In this document: positions 10,049 through 20,285 of the stretch, one piece after another
How positions within the stretch are numbered: the first letter of the stretch is position 1
Layout: the number at the start of each line of letters is the position of its first letter
Origin: Leidyana gryllorum EB-2025a
Lineage: Eukaryota; Protista; Apicomplexa
Assembly (NCBI GenBank): GCA_048772705.1
Contig: JBLWGC010000081.1
Coordinates: forward strand, 1-64,000
Direction: 5' to 3'
DNA: 64,000 bases
The notes under the pieces: model-generated
Databases searched by the model: none
What the model saw: only the letters and a program-made list of their open reading frames with translations
Told to the model about the DNA's origin: nothing
Made by a program: the position numbers and the translations under genes

Positions 10049-10337
10049 GCAGTATGTAGGTCGAACGACCTGTCTATCAGTCAAGTGAGGGGACTGAGTC
10101 CAATACAATACTTGACAAGCGCGGGATTCCAACCAACGCCTTTTCGGACTGCGGCATGCACACAGTGCCTTTCAGACCACTCGCCCATGTTGCCAGCTCG
10201 GTGAATTGCCGCCAACCAAGCGTTTCCTCTCTGTGGAAGCAGATCCGGGTGCTCCGAGGTGCCAGACTCGAGTTCCGGTGAGATTGACGACCTGGGTACC
10301 GACCATCCAGCGGCTGGCCGAGTGCCGATACAACGGC

Positions 10338-10417
10338 TGACTAGGGTGGGATTCAAACCCACGGCCTTCCGAACTGCGGCCTGAACACAGCGCCCTAGAC
10401 CACTCGGCTATCTTGCC
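10338..10417 (-). tRNA. trnL: tRNA-Leu(CAG), diverged
   Basis: Leu body. Confidence 0.7.
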
Positions 10418-10507
10418 GCACCGTTGTTGGCTCGTCGCTCCACGCTTTCTTGTCCTTGAGCCAAAATAGCAAGACTTCTGGGGTTGGAGGCCGGCGTGTT
10501 CAGGGCG

Positions 10508-10579
10508 TCCGAGATAGTATAGTGGTTAGTATTTCCGCCTGTCACGCGGAAGACCCGGGTTCGATTCCCGGTCTCGGAG
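10508..10579 (+). tRNA. trnD: tRNA-Asp(GTC)
   Basis: Consensus. Confidence 0.93.
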
Positions 10580-10631
10580 ATGGATCGTCTTCCGCTTTAG
10601 ATTTCGTGATGCTCACCTGAACGATGCGTGT

Positions 10632-10704
10632 TACAGCCACCGATGATCGAACTCGGGACCTTCTGCGTGGTAAGCAGACGTCGTAACCACTAGACCGTGG
10701 CTGC
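10632..10704 (-). tRNA. Val-body tRNA with ACC anticodon
   Basis: Val body, loop TT-ACC-AC. Confidence 0.7.
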
Positions 10705-10768
10705 GTGAATGCTCCCCGCAGCCCAAGAGAAGTGGCGAAGTTTCAGGGAGTAGTGAGGACCCGTTCCA

Positions 10769-10840
10769 AGGTCGCGCCGGGAATCGAACCCAGGTCGGGA
10801 GATTCAGAGTCTCCAGTGCTAACCACTACACCACGCAACC
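10769..10840 (-). tRNA. trnQ: tRNA-Gln(CTG)
   Basis: Consensus cloverleaf. Confidence 0.92.
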
Positions 10841-11022
10841 GGTTCAGCCCACCCAAAAGAGTCGGTAGAATCATCCGGACTAGCGCTTCCTCAACTGGAT
10901 ACACGCAACACGGGTCTCTCTACTGACCTCTGGAAATATTTTAGGTGGTAGAGCGTTGGATTTGAGTCGGACAGAATGCTCACTTCAATCATTGAAGCAA
11001 TTGCGCTCTTCGCGAATGCTAC

Positions 11023-11104
11023 CGTGAAGGGTGAGTTTCGAACTCACGCGGGTGACACCCAACGGCTTAGCAGGCCGCCGCCTTAACCACTCGGCCACCT
11101 TGCC
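11023..11104 (-). tRNA. trnS: tRNA-Ser(GCT), diverged 3' end
   Basis: Loop CT-GCT-AA, long variable arm. Confidence 0.75.
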
Positions 11105-11440
11105 AAGAGTGTTACTGATCACACCTTTCGTCGGGAACCCCGTGCAAACTGTTAGTGATGTGGGTATAGCCCCTTCTAAATGTCAGTATTTGGCTCTGGA
11201 ATGACTGTTTGGGAGGGTGGAGGAAGGCCAATCGTGGTGCTTTTGCGGAGCGCATCAGTCGGCTAGTTGGTCCAGTGAGTGTTTACCTCAACTCTGCCTA
11301 TTTTCGGTCACTTAAAGGGTGAGCCTGATAAGTTCCAAGTTCGCGCTCAAGCGCCGGCCCAACTGGGCGGGTGTGTTGTTGATGGAGCATCCCCCTGCAC
11401 CCTTTTGACAGGAGGAGATGCATCGAGAGAAGTTTCACGA

Positions 11441-11513
11441 GGGAGTGTAGGGCAGTCGGTAGCGCCTAGGTCTCATAATCCTGAAGTCGAGAGTTCAATC
11501 CTCCCCACTCCCA
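11441..11513 (+). tRNA. trnM: Elongator tRNA-Met(CAT), diverged
   Basis: GGGAGTG/CACTCCC acceptor. Confidence 0.75.
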
Positions 11514-11659
11514 CGGTTGGCATCGGAAGCGCCGACTAACTCGTATGGGGCGCCACCTGAGAAGAGTGGACTCCAGCTGTCCGCTAGTGTCTGAGATGTT
11601 TGAGTCCGGCTGAGGGGGAATCCAGCATCCGGCTCGGTGCCATCTGTCGTGGCAGAAGT

Positions 11660-11733
11660 GGTCGCGTAGCTCGGTCGGTTAGAGCGTGAGCCTAATAAGC
11701 TCAACGTCCCCGGTTCGAGCCCGGGCGTGACCA
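11660..11733 (+). tRNA. trnI: tRNA-Ile(AAT)
   Basis: Cloverleaf, loop CT-AAT-AA. Confidence 0.82.
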
Positions 11734-12084
11734 AGTGAGTGGATCTTCGATAAAGAGTCGCCCTGCACTCGACCAACCCCCAACATTCTGCGACCAATAC
11801 GAAAGGTACGTGTTATAAAGTCCTCACTTCCCTGCCGCGCCAGCTCCGTCGGTAGAGCGCAAAACTTTCAATGGAGAGACCGCGGGTTCGGGCAGCGCCA
11901 GCAGTCCGAGTCAAGCTTGCTGAACCGTATGTGAAGCCACTGGCCGCTAAATGCCGAGTTCGACAGGTGGCAACTTGCCCGAGTGTTCAAGGGGGTAGAC
12001 TAGAAATCTACTGGGCCTGGCCAACGAGGTGGCTGTGTTGGTTCTGGGGGCAACTTGTCGCGTCGGATCCACTGACGACCAATA

Positions 12085-12156
12085 GGGCTGTTCTGGGAAT
12101 CGAACCCAGGACTTCTTCCACCCGAAGGAAGAATCATACCACTAGACCAAACAGCC
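12085..12156 (-). tRNA. trnP: tRNA-Pro(CGG)
   Basis: Consensus. Confidence 0.92.
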
Positions 12157-12382
12157 GCCTAGCCGGTGGTTCAACCAGCTGGGCAAAGTCGAGAGACTCG
12201 TCTCACTACGTGAAGTATCACTCAATGCCATGAGGTAGGCTAACCCAGATGATGAAACGGTGGCTTACGATACGAAAGGTACTGGGATCGATTCCCAGCC
12301 CATCCGAGTTACATCGATGGAATGTTCGCTGGAGTAGTCTACTTGGCCTATCAAGGCTGTCTGCCGAAACCACATCGCTACT

Positions 12383-12462
12383 TCCGGTGGGACGGAATCG
12401 AACCGCCGACTATCTGATGCCAGCACTACAGTCAGATGCTCTACCAACTGAGCTACCCCCGG
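12383..12462 (-). tRNA. trnY: tRNA-Tyr(GTA) with 7-nt intron
   Basis: C1-G72, A73; TCTGA-CT-GTA-G-[TGCTGGC]-A-TCAGA. Confidence 0.88.
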
Positions 12463-12537
12463 CCGTCCAACTGCTCCGGGGTTCGAAAGGCTCAACCCCA
12501 GATCCTCGCCCTGTCGCACTACAGCCGTAGCGTACTT

Positions 12538-12610
12538 TGGACGACCTGGGCCTCGATCCCAGTACCTCTCGCATGCTAAGCGAGCGCTCTACCATTTGAG
12601 CTAGTCGCCC
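12538..12610 (-). tRNA. trnA: tRNA-Ala(AGC)
   Basis: Copy of 1786-1858. Confidence 0.88.
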
Positions 12611-12698
12611 GTTGCGCAGACCCCATCGCATGTGTTGGTTCTCAAATATTATGACCAGTCTCCCGACTGTACTCAGCGGTTTGCACCACCGACCAGGC

Positions 12699-12770
12699 GG
12701 CTGTTTGGTCTAGTGGTATGATTCTTCCTTCGGGTGGAAGAAGTCCTGGGTTCGATTCCCAGAACAGCCT
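12699..12770 (+). tRNA. trnP: tRNA-Pro(CGG)
   Basis: Consensus. Confidence 0.88.
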
Positions 12771-12869
12771 TATTGGTTGTCGGTTGACCCGACGCTCCAC
12801 CTGATCTCAAGATGGTACGGCTGGTCATACCATGTAAAAAAGAACTGGATGTACTGGGGTTTGCTCAAT

Positions 12870-12942
12870 GGGCGACTAGCTCAAATGGTAGAGCGCTCGC
12901 TTAGCATGCGAGAGGTACTGGGATCGATGCCCAGGTCGTCCA
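12870..12942 (+). tRNA. trnA: tRNA-Ala(AGC)
   Basis: Consensus. Confidence 0.92.
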
Positions 12943-13402
12943 AAGTACGGTACGGCTGTACGTGGCGGGGGCCAAACCCAACCTTACATCTTTGAAGGGT
13001 CGCAGACCACACAGTCAGTGTCTAGGGTGCCTCTAAAACCGATCCTGGCAGATTTCGAACCGGCGGGTGTGTGGTTAACAGCCACACGTCTGCCGACCGG
13101 GCTACAAGACCCAGCGACAATGTTTCAGAGGTCAGTATAGAGACCCTCCGCTTTCTGCCGCAGGATTCTGCAGTCCCTTTGTTGTAGATTCACCAGAGCA
13201 CGTCTTGTCAAGAGGGTACGGCTCTCGGCTAAAGCTGCAGCTGAGGGAGGTGTACAGCTGAGGGAGTTGTACACTGTAGTCTAAGTGGCTAGGATATGAG
13301 GCTCTCACCCGCACGGTCCGGGTTCAAGTCCCGGCAGTGGAAATCCAGCGGAGTGTGCTTGTAGGCAACGGTTCCATTCCTACTCCCAGAGACATTGATT
13401 TG

Positions 13403-13475
13403 CACCGCCCGCGGGGCTCGAACCCGCGACTGCAAGATTAAAAGTCTTGCGCTCTACCGACTGAGCTAGGGCGGC
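13403..13475 (-). tRNA. trnK: tRNA-Lys(TTT)
   Basis: Consensus. Confidence 0.92.
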
Positions 13476-13603
13476 AAGGAAGCTCTAAACTTAGTTACAC
13501 CCTATTTGCCGTTGGGTGGAGCAGTGGAAGGATTGACTGGTGGAACAATGTGCTCCAGTAACTTCCGTTAATAGTGACTGATGCGTGATTACCAGCTGAT
13601 ATT

Positions 13604-13675
13604 GCCTTCTTAGCTTAGGGGCAGAGAATTCGCTTAGTAAGCGAAAGGTCGCCGGTTCGATTCCGGCAGAAGGCT
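13604..13675 (+). tRNA. trnT: tRNA-Thr(AGT)
   Basis: One D-stem change. Confidence 0.85.
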
Positions 13676-14044
13676 TTGCTCACGAGAAAATCTATTCTAT
13701 AACTGTTCCCTTCTGCCCACACTTAGCAGTGCGTCGTTTCGATCGACGGACCTTTGCGTTATGAACCTAACACTCTTCCACTGAGCTACACTGCTCAGTC
13801 TGCAACATGGAAGAGGTAGCCGAAATGTGATCCTCGAGATGTTAGTTGCCCTGACTGCCCTACCGAAGCGGGCTAACGAGGTGGCTGTGTTGGTTCTGAG
13901 GGCAACATGTCCGGTCAAGTCAAACGACGACCAATAGGGCTGTTCTGGGTTCTGGAATCGAACCCAGGACTCCTTCCACTTTGAGGAAGGATTATACCAG
14001 CAGAGCAACAGCCGAATACTTGGGTGCATGCAACCGGATATACA

Positions 14045-14646
14045 TGTTGTAACCCCAAGTCGCTACTCAAGGGGAACGAGGCCCAGTTCTCATCTCTGCA
14101 TACTTTCGACCACAAGTCAGACTTAGAACCAAGTTAGTATTTTTGCCGACAAGTCTACCACGAACATGTCGCACACGACGGCGCAAAACAAGAACTACGA
14201 CTTGTTGTACCAAGTGCAAAAGTTATCTTAGGCCGCCTCTTGCCTAGTCCAACTCTGACTTAGCCAACTTTGCTTGCGTGTGTCTCTCACTCTGGTGTCT
14301 CTCTCACTCCACCCACGTGCCAGTCGCTCGCACTCTTGCGGAGCCTCGCGCTGGACACAGACGGTAGTTCTCCCCGACACCACACTCTGATCATTCATGC
14401 GAGTGTCTGCACAGTTACACTGTCACAGAGAGTTCAGACCACTAGGGTGCATTAGCCTTTACGCGTTAGTAGTAGTTGCTTTACGTTCGTTAATAATGCC
14501 TTTTCACCATCTTATACATGCCCCTATATAAGTGCCAAATATGTAGGGAAGTATCCAGATGGATGTTAATTCGATTGGAAATTTCACCAAGTCGAATTTG
14601 GCCACCCGATAGGAAGTTGACCATCCGGCAAACACGAACTACAACA
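14045..14646. mobile_element. Solo LTR (602 bp), TGTTGTA...TACAACA, 5-bp TSD ATACA
   Basis: 7-bp terminal inverted repeats; ATACA at 14040-14044 and 14647-14651; empty paralogous site near 6172-6210; TATATAA at ~14525. Confidence 0.9.
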
Positions 14647-14708
14647 ATACAAATGGAGATTCGAATCTACTGTGGCCTTTTCCAGCTTTTTTTTGGGATG
14701 ATCGCCGT

Positions 14709-14792
14709 TGCACAGAATGGGATTGGAACCCATGCAGACTTGCGCCTACCAGAACTTGAGTCTGGCCCATTAGACCACTCGGGCATCTGTGC
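14709..14792 (-). tRNA. trnL: tRNA-Leu(CAA), slightly diverged
   Basis: Leu-CAA body. Confidence 0.8.
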
Positions 14793-14889
14793 ATTACTTT
14801 CCTTCTGAGTTCCAAAGTGTTAATCGCTTCCGTTGCGACCGCCGATGTCGTTCTGGCTGCGGTGTGCCGCCCCGAAGTACTCTCACGGC

Positions 14890-14967
14890 CCGGGGTGCTT
14901 AGATGGTAACGTATCTGACTGTAGTGGTGGCATCAGATATTCCACGAGTAAATTCCGTCCCACCCGA
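14890..14967 (+). pseudogene. trnY: tRNA-Tyr pseudogene subfamily (intron TGGTGGC)
   Basis: Tyr anticodon arm retained, D and T arms decayed. Confidence 0.7.
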
Positions 14968-15068
14968 AGTTGAGGAGTGCACTTCTTGCAACGCAGTTCG
15001 TCTGACGCTCCTGTTCCATCCCATCCTGATAGATGCTTCGCTACCTCTACAGCCTCGCTCAAAGACTT

Positions 15069-15140
15069 GTCCGAGTCGTCTAGTGGTTAGGACAGCACGT
15101 TGTGGCCGTGCAAACCCAGGCTCGATTCCTGGCTCGGACA
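15069..15140 (+). tRNA. trnH: tRNA-His(GTG)
   Basis: GTCCGAG/CTCGGAC acceptor, loop TT-GTG-GC. Confidence 0.88.
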
Positions 15141-15433
15141 ACCAATCTAAAGTGCATTGCAATTCCCCTCCAAACCTCTCAGATCCTTATAGAGACTGAG
15201 AGCCCAGTCAGAAAAGCTTAAGTGCGTGAGCAACGCCTTCTGCCGAAATCGAACCGGCGACCCATCGCTTACTAAGCGAATGCTCTGCCCCTAAGCTAAG
15301 AAGGCAATATCAGCTGGTAATCACGCATCAGTCACTATTAACGGAAGTTACTGGAGCACATTGTTCCACCACTCAATCCTTCCACTGCTCCACCCAACGG
15401 CAAATAGGGTGTAACTAAGTTTAGAGCTTCCTT

Positions 15434-15506
15434 GCCGCCCTAGCTCAGTCGGTAGAGCGCAAGACTTTTAATCTTGCAGTCGCGGGTTCGAGCCCCGCCG
15501 GCGGTG
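15434..15506 (+). tRNA. trnK: tRNA-Lys(TTT)
   Basis: Lys body. Confidence 0.85.
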
Positions 15507-15558
15507 CAAATCAATGTCTAGGAATGGAACCGTTGCCTACAAGCACACTCAGCTGGAT

Positions 15559-15631
15559 TTCCACTGCCGGGACTTGAACCCGGATCGTGCGGGTGAGAGC
15601 CGCATATCTTAGCCACTTAGACTACAGTGGA
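15559..15631 (-). tRNA. trnE: tRNA-Glu(CTC)
   Basis: Glu body. Confidence 0.87.
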
Positions 15632-15979
15632 CAACTTCCTCAGCTGTACACCTCCCTCAGCTGCAGCTTTAGCCGAGAGCCGTACCCTCTTGACAAGACG
15701 TGCTCTGGTGAATCTACAACAAAGGGGTTGCAGAATCCTGCGGCAGAAAGCGGAGGGTCTCTATACTGACCTCTGAGAGATTGTCGCTGGGTCTTGTAGC
15801 TCGGTCGGCAGACGTGTGGCTGTTAACCACAAACCCGCCGGTTCGAAACCTGCCAGGACCGGTTTTAGAGGCACCCTAGACACTGACTGCGCTGCTCTCC
15901 CAATGGCACTTGTGGTCTGCGACCCTTCAAAGATGTAAGGTTGGGTTTGGCTCCCGCCACGTACAGCCGTAGCGTACTT

Positions 15980-16052
15980 TGGACGACCTGGGCCTCGATC
16001 CCAGTACCTCTCGCATGCTAAGCGAGCGCTCTACCATTTGAGCTAGTCGCCC
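15980..16052 (-). tRNA. trnA: tRNA-Ala(AGC)
   Basis: Ala body. Confidence 0.88.
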
Positions 16053-16288
16053 ATTGAGCAAACCCCAGTACATCCAGTTCTTTTTTACATGGTATGACCA
16101 GTCTCTCCACTTTGCACAAACGAAGCCACGCAGGAAACGGCTGGAGGGACCCGAATCCTCAACCTTCGCTTTAGGAGGTCAACGCGCTATGCATTGCGGC
16201 ACAACCGCATTCGCAACCCATCCACCGAGCTGCCCAAGCTGTCTCCTCTTACACCCAACTAGTATCGAGAGGACCGAAGCTTGTCTAT

Positions 16289-16361
16289 GGTGCGGTGGCC
16301 TAATGGATAGGGCATCGGTCTTGGGAACCGGGAGTTGTGGGTTCGAGTCCCATCCGCATCA
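16289..16361 (+). tRNA. Arg(TCG)-body tRNA with TGG anticodon
   Basis: Matches 35195-35267 but loop CT-TGG-GA. Confidence 0.72.
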
Positions 16362-16481
16362 TAGCCTCTCACGCGAAAGACGTTCCGCAAGCTTGCTAGC
16401 TGTATGGGGAGCCACTGCCGCGCATGTCGAGTTGGAGTGCTCGTGATATGATTTTCCTTCCCTTGGAGAGTGCCTCTGAAA

Positions 16482-16554
16482 CGGTCCTGGCAGGTTTCGA
16501 ACCTGCGACTTTGTGGTTAACAGCCACACGCTCTGCCGACTGAGCTACAAGACC
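16482..16554 (-). tRNA. trnN: tRNA-Asn(GTT)
   Basis: Consensus cloverleaf. Confidence 0.92.
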
Positions 16555-16687
16555 CAGCTACAATGTTTCAGAGGTTGGTAGAGACACCCTCCTCTTTCTA
16601 CAACAGGATTCTGCAACCCCTGTGTTGACAGACCACGTCTTGTCAAGAGGGTACGGCTCTCGGCGAAAGCTGCAGCTGAGGGAGTTG

Positions 16688-16760
16688 TCCACTGTAGTCT
16701 AAGTGGCTAGGATATGCGGCTCTCACCCGCACGATCCGGGTTCAAGTCCCGGCAGTGGAA
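16688..16760 (+). tRNA. trnE: tRNA-Glu(CTC)
   Basis: Consensus. Confidence 0.92.
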
Positions 16761-16820
16761 ATCCAGCTGAGTGTGCTTGTAGGCAACAGTTCCATTCTTA
16801 CTTCCAGGGAAATAGATCCA

Positions 16821-16893
16821 CACCGCCCGCGGGGCTCGAACCCGCGACTGCGAGATTAAGAGTCTTGCGCTCTACCGACTGAGCTAGGGCGGC
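16821..16893 (-). tRNA. trnK: tRNA-Lys(CTT)
   Basis: Lys body. Confidence 0.86.
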
Positions 16894-18191
16894 AGGAAAC
16901 CACGGACACAAAACTCGATAGCTTGACATCTAAAGTGGCTTTGGTACCCACCAGCCCCACTCCGAGTCGTCTAGTGCTTACAAGAGCAAGTTGTGGCGGT
17001 GCATACCCAGGCCCAAATCCTGGCTTCGATAGTATGTCCCCGATGTCTCGTGGGAGATGTAGGTGAAGTTTGTCCGAACCCACGATCGGGCGTAGCTGCC
17101 CTCCTCTCTTGATCGCTACACACTTTCATTTGACGGCTCCGTTAGTCGGCGCTATGGCCTAATGGATATGGCATCGGTCTACGGAACTGGGGATTCTGGG
17201 TTCGAGTCCATTAGGCCACCGCACCATAGACAAGCTTCGGTCATCTCGATACTAGTTGGGTGTAAGAGGAGACAGCTTGGGGCAGCTCGGTGGATGGGTT
17301 GCGAATGCGGTTGTGCCGCAATGCATAGCGCGTTGCCCTCCTAAGGCGAAGGTTGAGGATTCGGGTCAGGAATGGAGATTCAGCACCTTCGAGCGTTTCA
17401 GGTCATCTTCAGAGCACCCGCTGCCATCGAAATAACCCGTCTGCGATTCCCGACAGATGCAAAATGATAGCATGATGAGTTTGTCGGCGCTTCCGATTCC
17501 TACCGTGGGAGTAGCGAGGGTTGAACTCTCGACTTCAGGATTATGAGACCTGCGCGCTACCGACTGCGCTGCACTCGCTAGTGAAACTTTTCTCGATGCA
17601 TCTCCTCCCGCCAAAAGGGTGCAGGGGGATGCTCCATCAACAACACACCCGCCTAGTTGGGCCGGCGCTCGACCGCGAACTTGGAACTTATTAGGCTCAC
17701 CCTTTTAAGTGGCCGAAAATACGCAGAGTTGAGGTAAACACTCACTGGACCAAGTAGCCGACTGATGTGCTCAGCAAAACCACTATGATTGGCCTTTCTC
17801 CACCCCGCCAAGCAATCATTCCAGAGCCAAATACTGACATTTAGAAGGAGCTATACCTACATCACTAACAGTTCGCACGTGGTCCCCGAGGGAAGGTGAA
17901 GTCAGTTACACTCTCGGCAAGGTGGCCGAGTGGTTAAGACGGCGGCCTGCTAAGCCGTTGGGTTTCACCCACGTGAGTTCTAGTCTCAGCGTTGTCCGTG
18001 GCACGCGGGGAGAGCGCAACTGCTTCAGAGGATCAACCTCAGATGTTGATTAGTGGCAATTCAAGCTCTTCAGCTCAGAAGTGCGACTCAGATCCCGGGG
18101 TGGTCCAAGGTGACACCCTGGATATCGATCCAATACCGCCGCAAGCAAAGGCACGAGGTTCCCGAACCGGTTCCTTGTGTCTCGCAGAAGT

Positions 18192-18265
18192 GGTCGCGGA
18201 GCTCAGTCGGTTAGAGCGTGAGCCTAATAAGCTCAAGGTCCCCGGTTCGAGCCCGGGCGTGACCA
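18192..18265 (+). tRNA. trnI: tRNA-Ile(AAT)
   Basis: Ile body. Confidence 0.82.
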
Positions 18266-18633
18266 ACCGAGTGGATCTGTGATACACAGTTGCCTCCGAC
18301 CCGAAGAAGCCCCAACATTCTACGACGAATACGGATGGAATCAGTTACTAAGTTCGACAGTTGCCAACTTGCCGAGTGGGGAAGGGGAGACACCAATTCA
18401 AGCGTGAATCCCTGGAATGGTGGGAAAACAAACGGTGTCCTGTGCATCTGCCGGGAATCGAACCCGGATCGTCTCGATCGCAACGAGACATTCTACCACT
18501 AGACCACAGATGCATAATATCTTATTGAGCTAGTCGCCCGCTGTGCAGACCTCATAGCATTCCGCGGTTTTCGCCCTTCATCAGATACCTCTTTCCAGAG
18601 ACACACGCCCCTTTCACAGTCCGAAAGCTCGGT

Positions 18634-18707
18634 GCAGCCATGGTCTAGTGACTAACGACGTCTGCTTCACACGCAGAAGGTCCCGAGTTCGATCCTCGGC
18701 GGCTGTA
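18634..18707 (+). tRNA. trnV: tRNA-Val(CAC), D-loop altered
   Basis: Val body. Confidence 0.72.
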
Positions 18708-18867
18708 GCTCGAATACGTGAAGTGAGCTCCACCAAAAGCGAAGAAACGTGCTGTCTCCGAGACAGGGCATCGAACCCGAGTCGTCCGCGTCTTCAACCC
18801 GCCAGTCTTTCCATTCTCGAGATCCCACGGACGGAAAAAGTGTAGAGCGGCGAGCCAAAAACACTCC

Positions 18868-18947
18868 GGCAAGATGGCCGAGTGGTCTAAGGCGCTGTGC
18901 TGATGCCGCAGTCCGAAAGGGCATGGGTTCGAATCCCACTCTTGTCA
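18868..18947 (+). tRNA. Leu-body tRNA with GAT anticodon
   Basis: Leu body, loop CT-GAT-GC. Confidence 0.7.
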
Positions 18948-19112
18948 GGTTGCGCCCCATACGGGAAGAACATGAGGTCTGATTGAGTGATTGCAAAACT
19001 CAATTTTTAAGCTGCTGGAGTCAGACGCGTTTTCCGTTGCGCAATGGGCCCACAACCATCCCTCGTTCCAGATTCATTGCCTTGTGGTCTTCGACCGTTT
19101 CAGCCCATCTTC

Positions 19113-19184
19113 AGGGCACGCGCGGAGTTGAACCACGGACTTGCTGATCTGCAGTCAGCTGCTGTACCACTGAGCTACGTACCC
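19113..19184 (-). tRNA. trnC: tRNA-Cys(GCA)
   Basis: U73, loop CT-GCA-GA. Confidence 0.83.
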
Positions 19185-19800
19185 ACGGATTGCCCCTCAT
19201 ACTCGCTCAACTCGATTCTGTCTTCTTATTTGAAGCAAAACGGCCGTTATTGTGCACGTGCTTGAACAATAACGTGTCACGCATCTGTGGCCTAGACCAG
19301 CCCGTCTGATAGTTGTTGACTCAATGCCACGTCTCTCCAAGGTCGCCTAAGATACTCGGCTCCCACCCGTACAATCCCGGATGACGTCCAGACCAGCTGA
19401 AACAAAATCTGAGTTGCAGCAGTTGTGAGGGCTGGATGCTCCAAGACGGGGAATCTAACCCGGGTCTTCCGCGTGACAGGGGGAAATACTGACCACTACT
19501 TCATCTCGGACGCTCGTCAACACGCCGGCCTTCAGCCTCAGACGTCTTACCAGTTTCGAGATTCCACGGACAGGAAACGCGTGGAGCGGCGAGCCAACAA
19601 CACTCCGGCAACATGGCCGAGTGGTCTGAAGCGGTGTGTTCAGGCCGCAGTTCCAAATCGCCTGGGCTCGAATCCCACGCTTGTCATGTCACTGTGTTGG
19701 TGCGCGCCGCAGTCGAGAGATTGGTCATACTATGTCAAAAACCACGGAATGCTATGAGGTCTGCGCAGCGGGCGCGGGGACTAGCTCAACAAGGTATTAC

Positions 19801-19871
19801 GCATCTGTGGTCTAGTGGTAGAATGTCTCGTTGCCATCGAGACGACCCGGGTTCGATTCCCGGCAGATGCA
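19801..19871 (+). tRNA. trnG: tRNA-Gly(GCC)
   Basis: Consensus cloverleaf. Confidence 0.93.
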
Positions 19872-20212
19872 GAAGACACATGTTTGTTTTAGTGAATCCA
19901 TTCCAGGGATTCACCGCTTGAGTTGGTGTCTGACCCTTCCAATCACATCGCACGACAACTGCTGGATTTGAATCCGCACGCCGACCTGCGTTGCCCGCCT
20001 TCAACCTGAGAGTCTTTCCATTCTCGAGATTCCGGGGACGGGAAACGCGTGGAGCGGCCAGCCAACAACACTCCGGCAAGAAGGCCGAGTTGTCTGAAGC
20101 GCTGTGTTCAGGCCGCAGCCCGAAAGGGCGTGAGCTCGAATCTCGTTCTCGGCAGCCGTTGTATGGGCGCTTGGTCAGCCACTGAATGCGATAGCCCCTC
20201 ATCTGTGCGTCT

Positions 20213-20285
20213 GGGCGGCTAGCTCAGATGGTAGAGCGCTCGCTTTGCATGCGAGAGGTACTGAGATCGATACCCAGGTCGTCCA
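20213..20285 (+). tRNA. trnA: tRNA-Ala(TGC)
   Basis: Ala body. Confidence 0.85.

Noticed and set aside
10455-10476. Dinoflagellate spliced-leader-like motif on the minus strand (GCTATTTTGGCTCAAG)
   Set aside because: Only this copy of the Asp-Leu spacer matches well; paralogs read TATTTTGGCTCACGG or CCATTTTGAGATTCC, and no GT donor follows; probably chance
1-14646. The two inverted 600-bp copies as TIRs of one 14.6-kb transposon
   Set aside because: The second copy has its own TSD on both sides and an empty paralogous site, so the two are independent insertions
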